A DNA stretch of 64,000 bases from a virus, in IMG/VR virus record IMGVR_UViG_3300028571_002266, positions 96,001 to 160,000 of that record; one strand, given 5' to 3'. The notes under the pieces are model-generated. The model saw nothing but the letters and a program-made list of their open reading frames with translations, was not told the origin of the DNA and did no database searches. The translations under genes were made by a program, and so were the position numbers. How positions within the stretch are numbered: position 1 is the first letter of the stretch; the number at the start of each line of letters is the position of its first letter. Of the stretch, positions 54,666-63,911 are shown piece by piece.

Positions 54666-55090
54666 GCGTATTGCTTTTTGTTTACGGAACTCTAAAAATA
54701 GGGTTTACTAGAAATTATGCTTTGCAGGGACAGATCTATTTGGGAACTGCTAAAACAAAGCCTGAATATAGCATGCATGCAACAGGAGGATATCCCGCCC
54801 TTCTCAATAAAAAACTTGCCGAACAAAATAATATCAAGGCAGATAAATCTATTTTTGGTGAAATTTGGGAAGTTGATGAGGATTGTCTTGTAAGATTGGA
54901 TAAAATAGAAGGCGTAGAAATTAATTTGTTTGAAAGATCAACCATAAATATCGAAGAGTTTACTCTTAGTCGTTTGCCTATTGACAAAACAGTTTGGAAT
55001 GATGTACAAGAAAATAAAGCTTATGCTTATTTGTACAAACAGCCGATAAATGGAGCGGCATGCTGTGGATCTTTTTGGCATAGAAAGTAA
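54662..55090 (+). CDS. Gamma-glutamylcyclotransferase (AIG2-like)
   Basis: LFVYGTLK.G, YPAL, GE.WEV...L.RLD.IEG. Confidence 0.9.
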   Translation: MSVLLFVYGTLKIGFTRNYALQGQIYLGTAKTKPEYSMHATGGYPALLNKKLAEQNNIKADKSIFGEIWEVDEDCLVRLDKIEGVEINLFERSTINIEEFTLSRLPIDKTVWNDVQENKAYAYLYKQPINGAACCGSFWHRK

Positions 55091-55098
55091 GGAATTTT

Positions 55099-55488
55099 AT
55101 GGATTATCTCTTTCTCTTATCAATATTCATCGCAGGATTTACTTTAGCTACATTTATATTTTTGTTTTATCGCATCTATATGCTGAGACACATTAAATTA
55201 ATTCAATCTCAATATTTGCTTGAAGATCTCGAATTAGCAACTAAAGAACAACTTTTGACTGAATTTCGCAATAGACCAAACAATTCTTATATTCTCTTAA
55301 TGCCAATGTCCAGCAAAGAAGAAATGGGAATGAAAATTGAGTTGAATAGCTTCAAGCCTTATGATAGCGTTAATCTTTTGCATCTGGCCACAACCCTTAT
55401 TTTCAGAGAAATGAAAAATAAAGGTATGTCAGTCCCAGAATTACCTGCAATAGATGTTCCTTCGACAGAAGACGGATCACAACGGTAA
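55099..55488 (+). CDS. membrane-anchored hypothetical protein
   Basis: SD AAGGA, N-terminal TM helix. Confidence 0.7.
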   Translation: MDYLFLLSIFIAGFTLATFIFLFYRIYMLRHIKLIQSQYLLEDLELATKEQLLTEFRNRPNNSYILLMPMSSKEEMGMKIELNSFKPYDSVNLLHLATTLIFREMKNKGMSVPELPAIDVPSTEDGSQR

Positions 55489-55516
55489 TCATCATTTGTC
55501 GCTTTAAGAGGTTAAG

Positions 55517-56659
55517 ATGGAACCCAAAAGGTCTAGAATCTGCTTGAATACTATGGTCGCCAATGAAGCCCATGTAATCAAAAGGATGCTTGAATCTTGT
55601 TATAATTATATTGACTATTGGATTATTCAGGACAATGGCTCCACTGACGGAACACAAGAAATAATTCGTAACTTCTTTCAGGATAAGAACATACCCGGAT
55701 TTCTTTATGAAATTTCTTGGCAGTATCCCGGATATAATCGTGATCATGCTTTACAAACAGCTTTGCAAGCTTCACACAACTGTGATTGGATATTGAGAAT
55801 CGACGCTGATGAGATTTTGCAGGTCGATGATGAACTTGATTGGAAGCTAATCAACGATACAACTATCGAAAGCTTCAATATAGTTGCGCTGCAAGGTCAA
55901 TGCAGTTATCAACGCTGTTGGCTATGGAACTCTAAGCTTCCTTGGAAATTCAAGCATGATAAGCGTCATGAAACCATTTATATGGACAAAGATAATATAG
56001 GCGAAGGATTCCAGAGGGTTTCTCTTTCTCCAAAATTCAAACACTTAATCATGGGTGACGGCAGGACTTGGTTCAATCCCACTAAGTTTTATTCCGATGC
56101 TTTAGAGATAGAGAAGGATCTTTTGTCTGACAGTAAGATGTCTAATGACACATATCATCTTTTCTATATTGGCAAAAGCTATAGAGATGCAGTTCTTGAT
56201 CCAAGAACAAAGTGGCCTTTTGGAACAAATCATTTACATGAATGTGCAAGAAGAGCTATATTCTTTTTTGAGCAATATTTGAATGTTGTTCATCAATACT
56301 CAGAAACTAAAAAGCCGAAGCACATGGATGAAATGGCCTACATGGTTCTAGTTTTCATGGCAGAGTGCCAAAGAATAATCAAAGATGATGAGGCTGCTAT
56401 TTCATTATTGATGCAGGCAGAGCCATTTTGCCCAGAAAGAAACGAACATCTTCTTGAAATTGCACAAATTTATTCTGATCATGGTCAAAGAATAGGTTTG
56501 CTTAACGCAACAACAAGACTTGTTGGTCAATCAAGAAAGAATCCATTCCCAAGATTTTGTTTCTTCATAAATAATGAAGCTTATTACGACACAGGAAAAT
56601 ATGTGAAACACCTTCACAGTATTGCTTGTTCTTTCAACAATATTTTGCCAGTAGATTGA
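55517..56659 (+). CDS. GT2 glycosyltransferase with TPR-like C-terminus
   Basis: ICLN.MV.NE..VI.R.LES, D.GSTDGT, NR..AL, DADE, HE, FY.GKSYRD. Confidence 0.85.
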   Translation: MEPKRSRICLNTMVANEAHVIKRMLESCYNYIDYWIIQDNGSTDGTQEIIRNFFQDKNIPGFLYEISWQYPGYNRDHALQTALQASHNCDWILRIDADEILQVDDELDWKLINDTTIESFNIVALQGQCSYQRCWLWNSKLPWKFKHDKRHETIYMDKDNIGEGFQRVSLSPKFKHLIMGDGRTWFNPTKFYSDALEIEKDLLSDSKMSNDTYHLFYIGKSYRDAVLDPRTKWPFGTNHLHECARRAIFFFEQYLNVVHQYSETKKPKHMDEMAYMVLVFMAECQRIIKDDEAAISLLMQAEPFCPERNEHLLEIAQIYSDHGQRIGLLNATTRLVGQSRKNPFPRFCFFINNEAYYDTGKYVKHLHSIACSFNNILPVD

Positions 56660-57133
56660 TTAGAATGCCTTTCTAAGCTCATTGATTGTTCTCTCAGCAT
56701 CAACGTGTAATATTCCAGTTCCTCCCCAGTCATGCCATTCTTGGATGTTACTGGGGAGATCGTCTATTAGTATTTTTCCTGAACTAGCGTAATATTTTTT
56801 CAACTTGCTTTTCTCAACACAGATAATTCTATTTCCAGAAACGCCAATATGATTCTGGCACCATATATTTTTACCTTCACATGCTTCTTTTGACTCTGAA
56901 CATGATGTCAGGATATAAGGTTTATATTCTTTGATAAAATCCCATAGGATTTGACAGTCTTTTGTTTCAGGTAGATTTGCCCAAAATTCAATTTTTTCTT
57001 TGCTTGTGAGCTTGTCGATATAACTGTTGAAGTAGTCTATGAATGTTTCTCCGTTGCTAAGATGAAATCCATATATATCACTTAGTTTTCCAGCTAAATC
57101 AACAAGAACACCATCTAAATCACAATATATCAT
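56660..57133 (-). CDS. HAD-family 5'(3')-deoxyribonucleotidase-like protein
   Basis: IYCDLDGVL, FW.NLP, ILT, GK..W, ILIDD...NI.EW...GG.GILH. Confidence 0.85.
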   Translation of the reverse strand: MIYCDLDGVLVDLAGKLSDIYGFHLSNGETFIDYFNSYIDKLTSKEKIEFWANLPETKDCQILWDFIKEYKPYILTSCSESKEACEGKNIWCQNHIGVSGNRIICVEKSKLKKYYASSGKILIDDLPSNIQEWHDWGGTGILHVDAERTINELRKAF

Positions 57134-57220
57134 AATTTTTTTTTATTCTCTGTTTACAAATTACCTTAAATTCTATAAGTTATTATAGGATAAAGCAAAT
57201 TTTTGAAAGGAATCGATGAG

Positions 57221-57481
57221 ATGAAAAACCCATTAGGCAAAAACGTCGATCTTAGACTATGTGTGGTCGATAGCACATATGACAATGAATTGGACGAATG
57301 GATGATTGATAAGATTTCTGCAACGGATTCAGTCTTGAAAATTGCAAGTCCAAGTCAAGAAGAAATATGCAGCAAGGTTAAGCTTTGCAGGAAGAAGCAT
57401 ATTGCTTATGTTTCCAAGAATGACATATTTGTTGTACATCGTGATACCAAACAGCCAATAGTATGCTTGAAAAAAGTTTGA
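57221..57481 (+). CDS. hypothetical protein
   Basis: ORF of ~86 aa. Confidence 0.65.
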   Translation: MKNPLGKNVDLRLCVVDSTYDNELDEWMIDKISATDSVLKIASPSQEEICSKVKLCRKKHIAYVSKNDIFVVHRDTKQPIVCLKKV

Positions 57482-57520
57482 TTTTTTATCTGAAGAGTTT
57501 TCTGAAATAACTGAGATTCG

Positions 57521-58360
57521 ATGCGAATAAGAGATGTGGAGATCAGAGTCACAGACGGAGAACTGGGAATGAACGTCAAGAAAGTTTGGTTTTACATCCA
57601 TCGTTTCGATGCCGCTAAAACTGCACATGTAGCCAGAATAATTCTCAAAAAGTACCCTTTCATCAAGCCTACTGTTGAAGGTGACAAGTGCATCCTTTTG
57701 TGCAGCGATATGGGTAAAGATCCATCTTCTTGGGTCATTGAGAAGCTTGTTGAAAATAAAAGGTTTTTGGGGCATTTCCATTCAGAAAGCAAGAGATATA
57801 ATGCCGAAAGGCATGAATATCTGACAGAAATGCATCATGCTGCTGTCTGTCGTTTTGGTTTTTTTGACTTATATGACGTTCCTGACGATTTAGAATTTGC
57901 CAATTTTATTGTTGGGAAGTTACAAAACACTCTTTCAGGTCAGCCAGCTTATCTTGCTGAAGAGAATGCTTCTATCAGCAGTGGTCATAAATTGAATTTT
58001 TCAAATGAGATTAAAGTGGAAAGGAGGAAGATGTATATCTATAACCTCGTGAGATTCCACAATTACTCTAAGGAATTGGCAACATTAACAATTGACCGAA
58101 AGTTTCCAGAATGGAAAGATATAAAAATCGAGAAGAAAAAGATCAGTCCTCGTGAGGAAAGAAAAAGGGCTAGAGATGAGTACAAGAAAGCTTTGGAACT
58201 TGCCAAGAAGTTAGCTTTCATGTCGGCGAAAGATAGAAAGAATCATCTCAGTCAAAATAACAACTTGTTTGAATTTTTACTTTTCGTTAAGCTTTGCAAG
58301 GTAAAGGGCAGAGAGTGGATTTTGGAAAATGTTGGACCTGTTCCCGGAATTGTCGAGTAA
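57521..58360 (+). CDS. hypothetical protein
   Basis: 279-aa ORF. Confidence 0.75.
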   Translation: MRIRDVEIRVTDGELGMNVKKVWFYIHRFDAAKTAHVARIILKKYPFIKPTVEGDKCILLCSDMGKDPSSWVIEKLVENKRFLGHFHSESKRYNAERHEYLTEMHHAAVCRFGFFDLYDVPDDLEFANFIVGKLQNTLSGQPAYLAEENASISSGHKLNFSNEIKVERRKMYIYNLVRFHNYSKELATLTIDRKFPEWKDIKIEKKKISPREERKRARDEYKKALELAKKLAFMSAKDRKNHLSQNNNLFEFLLFVKLCKVKGREWILENVGPVPGIVE

Positions 58361-58450
58361 AAAATTAGGTCTGTGATTGCTTAGACCTGTCTTAATTTGA
58401 TGGGTTTAAGCAATCTGACCTTCTTTGAAGGCGGCTTATAGTTACTTTAA

Positions 58451-58473
58451 GAAATCCGTTTTCTTTTGATGGA
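58451..58473 (+). repeat. GAAA-hairpin element, copy 9
   Basis: GAAA TCCGTT-TTCTTTT-GATGGA (2 G.U), 8 nt after TATAGT. Confidence 0.65.
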
Positions 58474-58666
58474 ATACCAAACTTATATTTTATGGCTAGA
58501 ATGGCTTCAAGATATTTTTTAATTTCATCTGTTTTTTTGGAGGATAAGTCCAGTTTATTGTCTATAATCATCAAAACCCTTGTTTTTTGTGCTTGCCTTT
58601 TCAAGCACAAATGTTATGTATTATTTTGGAAATATTTTTCAATACAAAAGGAACTATAATTAAATT

Positions 58667-59359
58667 ATGGAAAGAGTCAGTATTATCGAAGGTAATATTC
58701 CAGTTATCGTAGTCGCTCCTCATGGCTATAAGGGAGACGATGAAAATACTGATGTGATGGTTGAAGCCATTGCTTCCACTATTGGCTCTTATGCAGTGAT
58801 TAACAGAGGATGGGAAAGAGGAGAAACTGTAGATATCTTCAAAGATATTGCAGATTGCAACAACATCTATCATTGTCAAGAAGATGTTGTTCGTGAAGAG
58901 TTTTTAGATCCAATCATTAGATTCAAAAACAAAATTCTCAAAACTAATCAAATAGCATATGTTTTTTATATTCACGGCATGGGAAATAGACATAGGATAA
59001 TATCAAAAGATCCTTATCTTGATGTTGTAGTTGGATATGGATCTGGTAAGCCAAATAGTTATTCATGTGATGTGTGGCAGAAAAATCTTTTCTTGCATTT
59101 TATGAATCAATCAGGAATAACTTCTTACGAAGGTAAAGCTGGTGGGCAAATGAGTGGTTGGTCTAGAAACAACCTCAATCAGTATTTTCGTAAATGGGAT
59201 TATGATCCAAATGTTAGTTCAATGCAGGTTGAGGTTGTTTATGATTTAAGACATGATAAGGAATTAGCACTTATTACGGCAGATTACATTGCTAATGCAA
59301 TCATGGATTTGTCTACATCAAATGGTTATACTGGAACCGAAGTCTACAGATCTTACTGA
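58667..59359 (+). CDS. Zn amidohydrolase-fold protein (N-formylglutamate amidohydrolase / poly-gamma-glutamate hydrolase-like)
   Basis: PVIVVAPHG, DCN, YIHG, MQVE. Confidence 0.5.
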   Translation: MERVSIIEGNIPVIVVAPHGYKGDDENTDVMVEAIASTIGSYAVINRGWERGETVDIFKDIADCNNIYHCQEDVVREEFLDPIIRFKNKILKTNQIAYVFYIHGMGNRHRIISKDPYLDVVVGYGSGKPNSYSCDVWQKNLFLHFMNQSGITSYEGKAGGQMSGWSRNNLNQYFRKWDYDPNVSSMQVEVVYDLRHDKELALITADYIANAIMDLSTSNGYTGTEVYRSY

Positions 59360-59955
59360 TTTTTTCTTATAAATTTTTTAAGATATTCTTTATCATCTTC
59401 TGTCATTTCGATGTATTTTGGCATTCTGTCCAATGTCCAATCACGATTAAAGAAAATGAAATCACTTGCATCTTTGCCGTTCATGATCATAGTGAAATTT
59501 TCGTTTATAAGTAAACCCATTAACCCAATTTTTGATGAGTTTGAATTTAATTTTGCTTGAATTGCATCAATAGCTGTTTTATTTTCTGATCTAAATTTTT
59601 CTAATTCATTTTTTAATTTGCCAACTTCAGCATCAGATATCAATTCTTTTTCTTCAGGCTGAACATTTTCTTTGCTATGGAACGTGGACATGATTGAAGA
59701 CTTTATTTTGCCACCAGTTTTGTCATCATAGATCCAAACTATTGTAATTCCAAGAATTAAAAAAAGAACAAGGAATAGCCATGTGCCGCTATCTTTAGAT
59801 TTGTCATCTACAGGTTTGATTTCTACTTTTGGTTCTTCTACTTTTGGTTCTTGCACAGGAACTGGAGTGGATTGGGCTGATGGTGTAGGTTCAGCCTTAA
59901 CTTCAGGACTCCCATACTCATTTCTAAGTTCTTTCTCCCAATCTTCTAGTTCCAT
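59353..59955 (-). CDS. membrane-anchored coiled-coil protein
   Basis: SD AAGGAG, one TM helix, TAAATA upstream. Confidence 0.7.
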   Translation of the reverse strand: MELEDWEKELRNEYGSPEVKAEPTPSAQSTPVPVQEPKVEEPKVEIKPVDDKSKDSGTWLFLVLFLILGITIVWIYDDKTGGKIKSSIMSTFHSKENVQPEEKELISDAEVGKLKNELEKFRSENKTAIDAIQAKLNSNSSKIGLMGLLINENFTMIMNGKDASDFIFFNRDWTLDRMPKYIEMTEDDKEYLKKFIRKNQ

Positions 59956-59997
59956 AGCACTCCTTTAATTTAACTAAAGTATTTAGTGTTTGTTTTT

Positions 59998-60894
59998 TCA
60001 TTTTGTAAGATACTCTTTGGCGATAATCACTACCAAGTCAGATAATTTACATGCGCTCTTATTGTTTATTTCTAGAATTTCTTCGAGATATGTATCTTTT
60101 TCAATGCATCCTCTTGCAACAATAGATTTTGGTAATTCTTTTTCTGGAACTGCAATCATTTCGTCCCCATCTTCAAATATGACCATGTTAAAAAGGCATT
60201 GGACTGCATTTGCTGGTTTGGAATTATTTTTATAAATTAAATGAGGCCATGGCTGTTCAAGTTTCAATCTTTCATTTTCTATAAGAACATGAAGTTTCTT
60301 TTTACCTATTTTTTTTCTATTCTCGTCATATGTTCTTCGTAGTTTAGCCACTGAATCAACTGTGAGATTGCTGTGAGCCTTCAAAGTATTGCAAGTGCTG
60401 CACATGGTCTGGAAGTTATCGAGAGTGTCTTCTCCTCCAAAAGCTTTTGCTGTGATGTGGTCTTTTGTGAAAAGAACAAGTTTGTTGTCTTCTTCGCCAT
60501 AAAGATTAAAATGTGGGATCATATCAGCAGGATAACATTCAAGTAATAGTTTTTTCCCTTCCAATCCACATGAAACACAAAACATGTTATTTTTGAATAC
60601 ATGATATCTGTCTGTATTCATTTTTACTTGATAGATCGTATTCTTGACTTGGTATTCTTTTCTTTCTGGATCATTTGTTATGAAAGGCATTACTTCATCA
60701 AGCGTAAATTCTCCAAGTTTTATTTTTTCAACCTTTGATTTTAACTTATCGAGTTGGAGAATTGTTCTGATGTCATCGATTCCCTCTTTCGTGGGAATAT
60801 CGTCTAGATGTTGTTTTGCTAGTTCCAAAGCTTGTTCATAAGGCAAATCAGATTCAAAGTTAAATATAATTGTGCAGGTTGCCCTGTATTTCAT
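59998..60894 (-). CDS. HNH endonuclease domain protein
   Basis: CVSCG...TKDHI.AK..GG.D.LDN.QTMC..CN..K. Confidence 0.85.
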   Translation of the reverse strand: MKYRATCTIIFNFESDLPYEQALELAKQHLDDIPTKEGIDDIRTILQLDKLKSKVEKIKLGEFTLDEVMPFITNDPERKEYQVKNTIYQVKMNTDRYHVFKNNMFCVSCGLEGKKLLLECYPADMIPHFNLYGEEDNKLVLFTKDHITAKAFGGEDTLDNFQTMCSTCNTLKAHSNLTVDSVAKLRRTYDENRKKIGKKKLHVLIENERLKLEQPWPHLIYKNNSKPANAVQCLFNMVIFEDGDEMIAVPEKELPKSIVARGCIEKDTYLEEILEINNKSACKLSDLVVIIAKEYLTK

Positions 60895-61298
60895 AATGTC
60901 TCTTCGGCCTGAGGCTTCTCTAGAATTTGTTTTATTAGTTGAATTTCCTGTTCTAGTTTTTTATTTGTTTCCAAAACCTCGTGTTCGAGATTAAGGTCTA
61001 TTTCTACCAGTTCCTTGATTTCTCTGAATAGAGCCCTGTAAATTGCGTCCTGCTTTACTTCAACTCTTCTTTGAGCCATCATGATGAATGGCGCTTGAAA
61101 AGCTGCAATCAAGGAAAGAAACAGGTTGAGAAGAATAAATGGATATTCGTCCCAGTGGTAGAATAAATAAATGTTGTTAGATATAACCCAAATTAGGATT
61201 ATAAAAAAACCAGATAGAATGAAATTCCAAGAACCTCCGAACTTGGCAACTGCATCACTGACTTTTTCGCCCAAGGTACGGCAATCTTGTTCCATCAT
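60891..61298 (-). CDS. DUF1003 membrane protein
   Basis: T.GE.VSD.VA.FGGSW.FI, D.YPFILLNL.LS..AA.QAP.IMM.Q.R. Confidence 0.9.
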   Translation of the reverse strand: MMEQDCRTLGEKVSDAVAKFGGSWNFILSGFFIILIWVISNNIYLFYHWDEYPFILLNLFLSLIAAFQAPFIMMAQRRVEVKQDAIYRALFREIKELVEIDLNLEHEVLETNKKLEQEIQLIKQILEKPQAEETL

Positions 61299-61345
61299 GA
61301 TCCTTGGTTAGAGATGATATATTTAGCATCTCTAACCAAGAAAAA

Positions 61346-61600
61346 TCAAAGCATCTCATTCATGAAATCTGCTTCAAACTGACTTTCAATAAGACGATAA
61401 ACAATAAGAGCGCATGCCATCGCTCCCATCTTGTCTTTTGTCTTTTTAGACCATTCTCTGATCCATACCGCAACTATTGGGTTCTTCCTCTTTATTTGCT
61501 TGTAAAGCTTCTTGACTAGGGCTGTGTCGTCTTGATTGACGCACTCACCCTCAATCGCAAAACAAGTTTCAGGTTGCACAATAGGTAATTCACAAAACAT
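61346..61600 (-). CDS. hypothetical protein
   Basis: SD GGAGG. Confidence 0.7.
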   Translation of the reverse strand: MFCELPIVQPETCFAIEGECVNQDDTALVKKLYKQIKRKNPIVAVWIREWSKKTKDKMGAMACALIVYRLIESQFEADFMNEML

Positions 61601-61615
61601 CAGTTCAATCCTCCT

Positions 61616-62074
61616 TTAGCAGCAGTTTGTTCCACATTTTTGTGGCTTTAGACCACACTTATCAGGGGCAAGACAATTAGTCGAAGTCCTCTTCAACTGG
61701 AAAACAATAGCCTGACTTTTCATGGAATTAAAGCCTCCATAAACTATAGCTTCTTCAATTTCATATAGTCCAATTGTACTTTCCTCCAACTCAACGAGAA
61801 CTTCTAAATTTATTGCGGATTTATCATCCAAATGACCAATAATTTTGGAAAGAGTATTTGTCGTTAAACGATGATCGAAATCATCACCATGCCACAACTG
61901 AAGAGTTACATATTCCTTGCTTCTTTTTACGCCACCACAATCAGTAAATGCCTTCTGCACCTTGGCAACTTCCGTGACATGAAAATGAGGACTCACATAC
62001 TTGCCAGAAGGCAAAAGGAAACTCACATTCACATCTTCATTAGTCAAAAGATTAGACAAAAAATCAAGTTTCAT
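61616..62074 (-). CDS. DUF6428-like Cys-tailed protein
   Basis: HFHVTEV....F.DCGG..R.....QLW...D.DH; T.CLA.DKC...CC. Confidence 0.75.
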   Translation of the reverse strand: MKLDFLSNLLTNEDVNVSFLLPSGKYVSPHFHVTEVAKVQKAFTDCGGVKRSKEYVTLQLWHGDDFDHRLTTNTLSKIIGHLDDKSAINLEVLVELEESTIGLYEIEEAIVYGGFNSMKSQAIVFQLKRTSTNCLAPDKCGLKPQKCGTNCC

Positions 62075-62229
62075 AATTTTTCCTCCATTAAAGTTTAAGA
62101 AAAAAATAAGTATCAGGCAAATTATAGGTTTTTTGCTCAGAGAAATTTAATTCTGCATCTTTACGAATTTAGGAAAAAATAATATAATAAGAAGTGTAGA
62201 TCTAAAAATCATTCTTGATTTGAGAAACA

Positions 62230-62574
62230 ATGCAATATTTAATTCTTCTTGTAGCAGCATTGTTTAATGCTATATCATGTTTTATCAGTTACAAGAAAGA
62301 ATTACATGCTTTCTGGTGGTATGTCCCACTTGGAATATTAGTAGGAAGTGTTTGCAACTATCTTTGGTTTAGCGGCACAAAAGTAATTTCAGAGCAAAAG
62401 GAAATATATGCCTTTAGCATGATGTATGACTTCACTTTGGTTTTAGTCTATTATTTTTTACCAATATTAATATTTGGAATCAAATTCAATAAAATTGGTT
62501 TAATCGGAATCAGCATGATGTTCATAGGAATCATGCTGATTAAATTTTCTTCAGCACAAATCAATGGACAATAA
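62230..62574 (+). CDS. Small 4-TM membrane protein (DMT/SMR-like)
   Basis: Four hydrophobic helices, IG...M.IG..LI. Confidence 0.55.
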   Translation: MQYLILLVAALFNAISCFISYKKELHAFWWYVPLGILVGSVCNYLWFSGTKVISEQKEIYAFSMMYDFTLVLVYYFLPILIFGIKFNKIGLIGISMMFIGIMLIKFSSAQINGQ

Positions 62575-62588
62575 TTAAAATTCTGTTT

Positions 62589-62771
62589 TTAATTTTTTTT
62601 GACTTTTTTCACAAAGTGATTTTTTTCGTTTATTCTTACAAAACGAATTTTTTCTAAACCATCATATAAAAATTTATAAGAAACAAGTATAGACTTGCCT
62701 TTATCGAAATAGTCAAGAATATCATCGTTGCAAATCTCAGTCATTTCTTGACTCCATCTGTTGTTTTCCAT
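62589..62771 (-). CDS. hypothetical protein
   Basis: SD GAGG, 60 aa. Confidence 0.5.
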   Translation of the reverse strand: MENNRWSQEMTEICNDDILDYFDKGKSILVSYKFLYDGLEKIRFVRINEKNHFVKKVKKN

Positions 62772-62778
62772 GATGCCC

Positions 62779-63309
62779 TCATCGTGGTTGTTCTTCTACG
62801 ATCTCGACTAACTGATTGAGATACAAAGCTGGTCCAATACAATTTTTTGAATCTAGACCAAATTGTTTTTCCAAGTTATAAGCTAACCAAATCGTATCTG
62901 GTATTTTGGGGTCAAATGATTTGTAAAGATCTGGAGGAACTGTTCTTTTTACCGCAACCCATTTGTTTCCTAAATCAGTCACAGCATCAGGTTCTTTTCT
63001 TCCCATGAATATCCATGTCGGAGTTCCAATCTTCCATCCTTGATGCATAATACGAATTGGACTTTTCGGCACATTAGGCATGGACAGAACTTCAGTTCCA
63101 TCTGGCATTAAATGACTACGAATAACTTCATGAAGAATGCCCATTTCTTCTTTTGGCAATTTATCATCAAGATAATGTTGTGCGATTTCATAAGCTCTAT
63201 GAATCCACATCGGCTCAAGATTGTTGTCGAGCCTTTTTGATTTATAAAAGTCGCAAATAATAGCAACTTTTTCTTTTATTGATGTGGCAGCAATTAAAGA
63301 TTCTAACAT
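62779..63309 (-). CDS. hypothetical protein
   Basis: 176-aa ORF. Confidence 0.7.
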   Translation of the reverse strand: MLESLIAATSIKEKVAIICDFYKSKRLDNNLEPMWIHRAYEIAQHYLDDKLPKEEMGILHEVIRSHLMPDGTEVLSMPNVPKSPIRIMHQGWKIGTPTWIFMGRKEPDAVTDLGNKWVAVKRTVPPDLYKSFDPKIPDTIWLAYNLEKQFGLDSKNCIGPALYLNQLVEIVEEQPR

Positions 63310-63324
63310 TTTATCATTGCACCT

Positions 63325-63358
63325 AAAAAAAGGGGGAAAGCATTGAGCCTTCCCCCTT
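63325..63358 (-). terminator. Intrinsic terminator
   Basis: AAGGGGGAAGGC...GCTTTCCCCCTT followed by a T run on the minus strand. Confidence 0.8.
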
Positions 63359-63380
63359 ATATTAACAACTTTAGGTTTTA

Positions 63381-63911
63381 TTATCCACCCAAAATTTCCG
63401 CAGCCGCTGCGATTTTTCGCTGAGCCTGTACTGTCACAGAATCATTTGTGGCGAACTTTGCGTAGGCTGGATAGACTACAGGTTGAATCAAGCCTAAAAC
63501 GGCCACAACCTGCTCCACAGAACGGCAATAGGTGGATAGACGATCATAGAATCCAGCCTTGATTTTCACAGAAGCTGAACTCACAACCACCAAGGCCTTC
63601 TCTTCGTCCGTTAGAGCAGCAGGAGCCTTCCCTTGTCCGTTCCAAAGGACAAGTGCAGTCATTTTTTCACCTGCTAACTTTTCTGCTGGAGTGGACTCAA
63701 TCCACTCCCTGTTTTCACCGTAACGGCCCGAAGTCAATTCCTTGGGACTGCGGAATTCGATGCTTGGCGAAAGATCGAGTTCGCTTTCAACCAAATTGTT
63801 TGCGTCATGAGGATGCAAACCTAAATCAGAAAATATGGTAGCGTAAAATTCTGCTGCATCTTCATCAACTGGAGCTTCTGGTAGCTTCACCTTGAACTTG
63901 TCTGTCATCAA
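63381..63911 (-). CDS. hypothetical protein
   Basis: 176-aa ORF followed by a terminator. Confidence 0.7.
   Translation of the reverse strand: MMTDKFKVKLPEAPVDEDAAEFYATIFSDLGLHPHDANNLVESELDLSPSIEFRSPKELTSGRYGENREWIESTPAEKLAGEKMTALVLWNGQGKAPAALTDEEKALVVVSSASVKIKAGFYDRLSTYCRSVEQVVAVLGLIQPVVYPAYAKFATNDSVTVQAQRKIAAAAEILGG

Noticed and set aside
10118-58473. GAAA-hairpins as terminators, -35 boxes, or CRISPR/REP repeats
   Set aside because: Most have no U-tract, no -10 lies 17 bp after TTGACG, and the copies are dispersed and single with no spacers or cas genes.
58392-58610. 72-aa minus-strand ORF
   Set aside because: It has a weak start and overlaps a + strand promoter and hairpin copy 9. It could be real but is not supportable.
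353-63841. Numerous 60-150 aa antisense or overlapping ORFs in the track (e.g. 1665-1967, 13469-13933, 21774-22004, 57329-57781)
   Set aside because: They are shadows of better-supported genes, with no SD or motifs.
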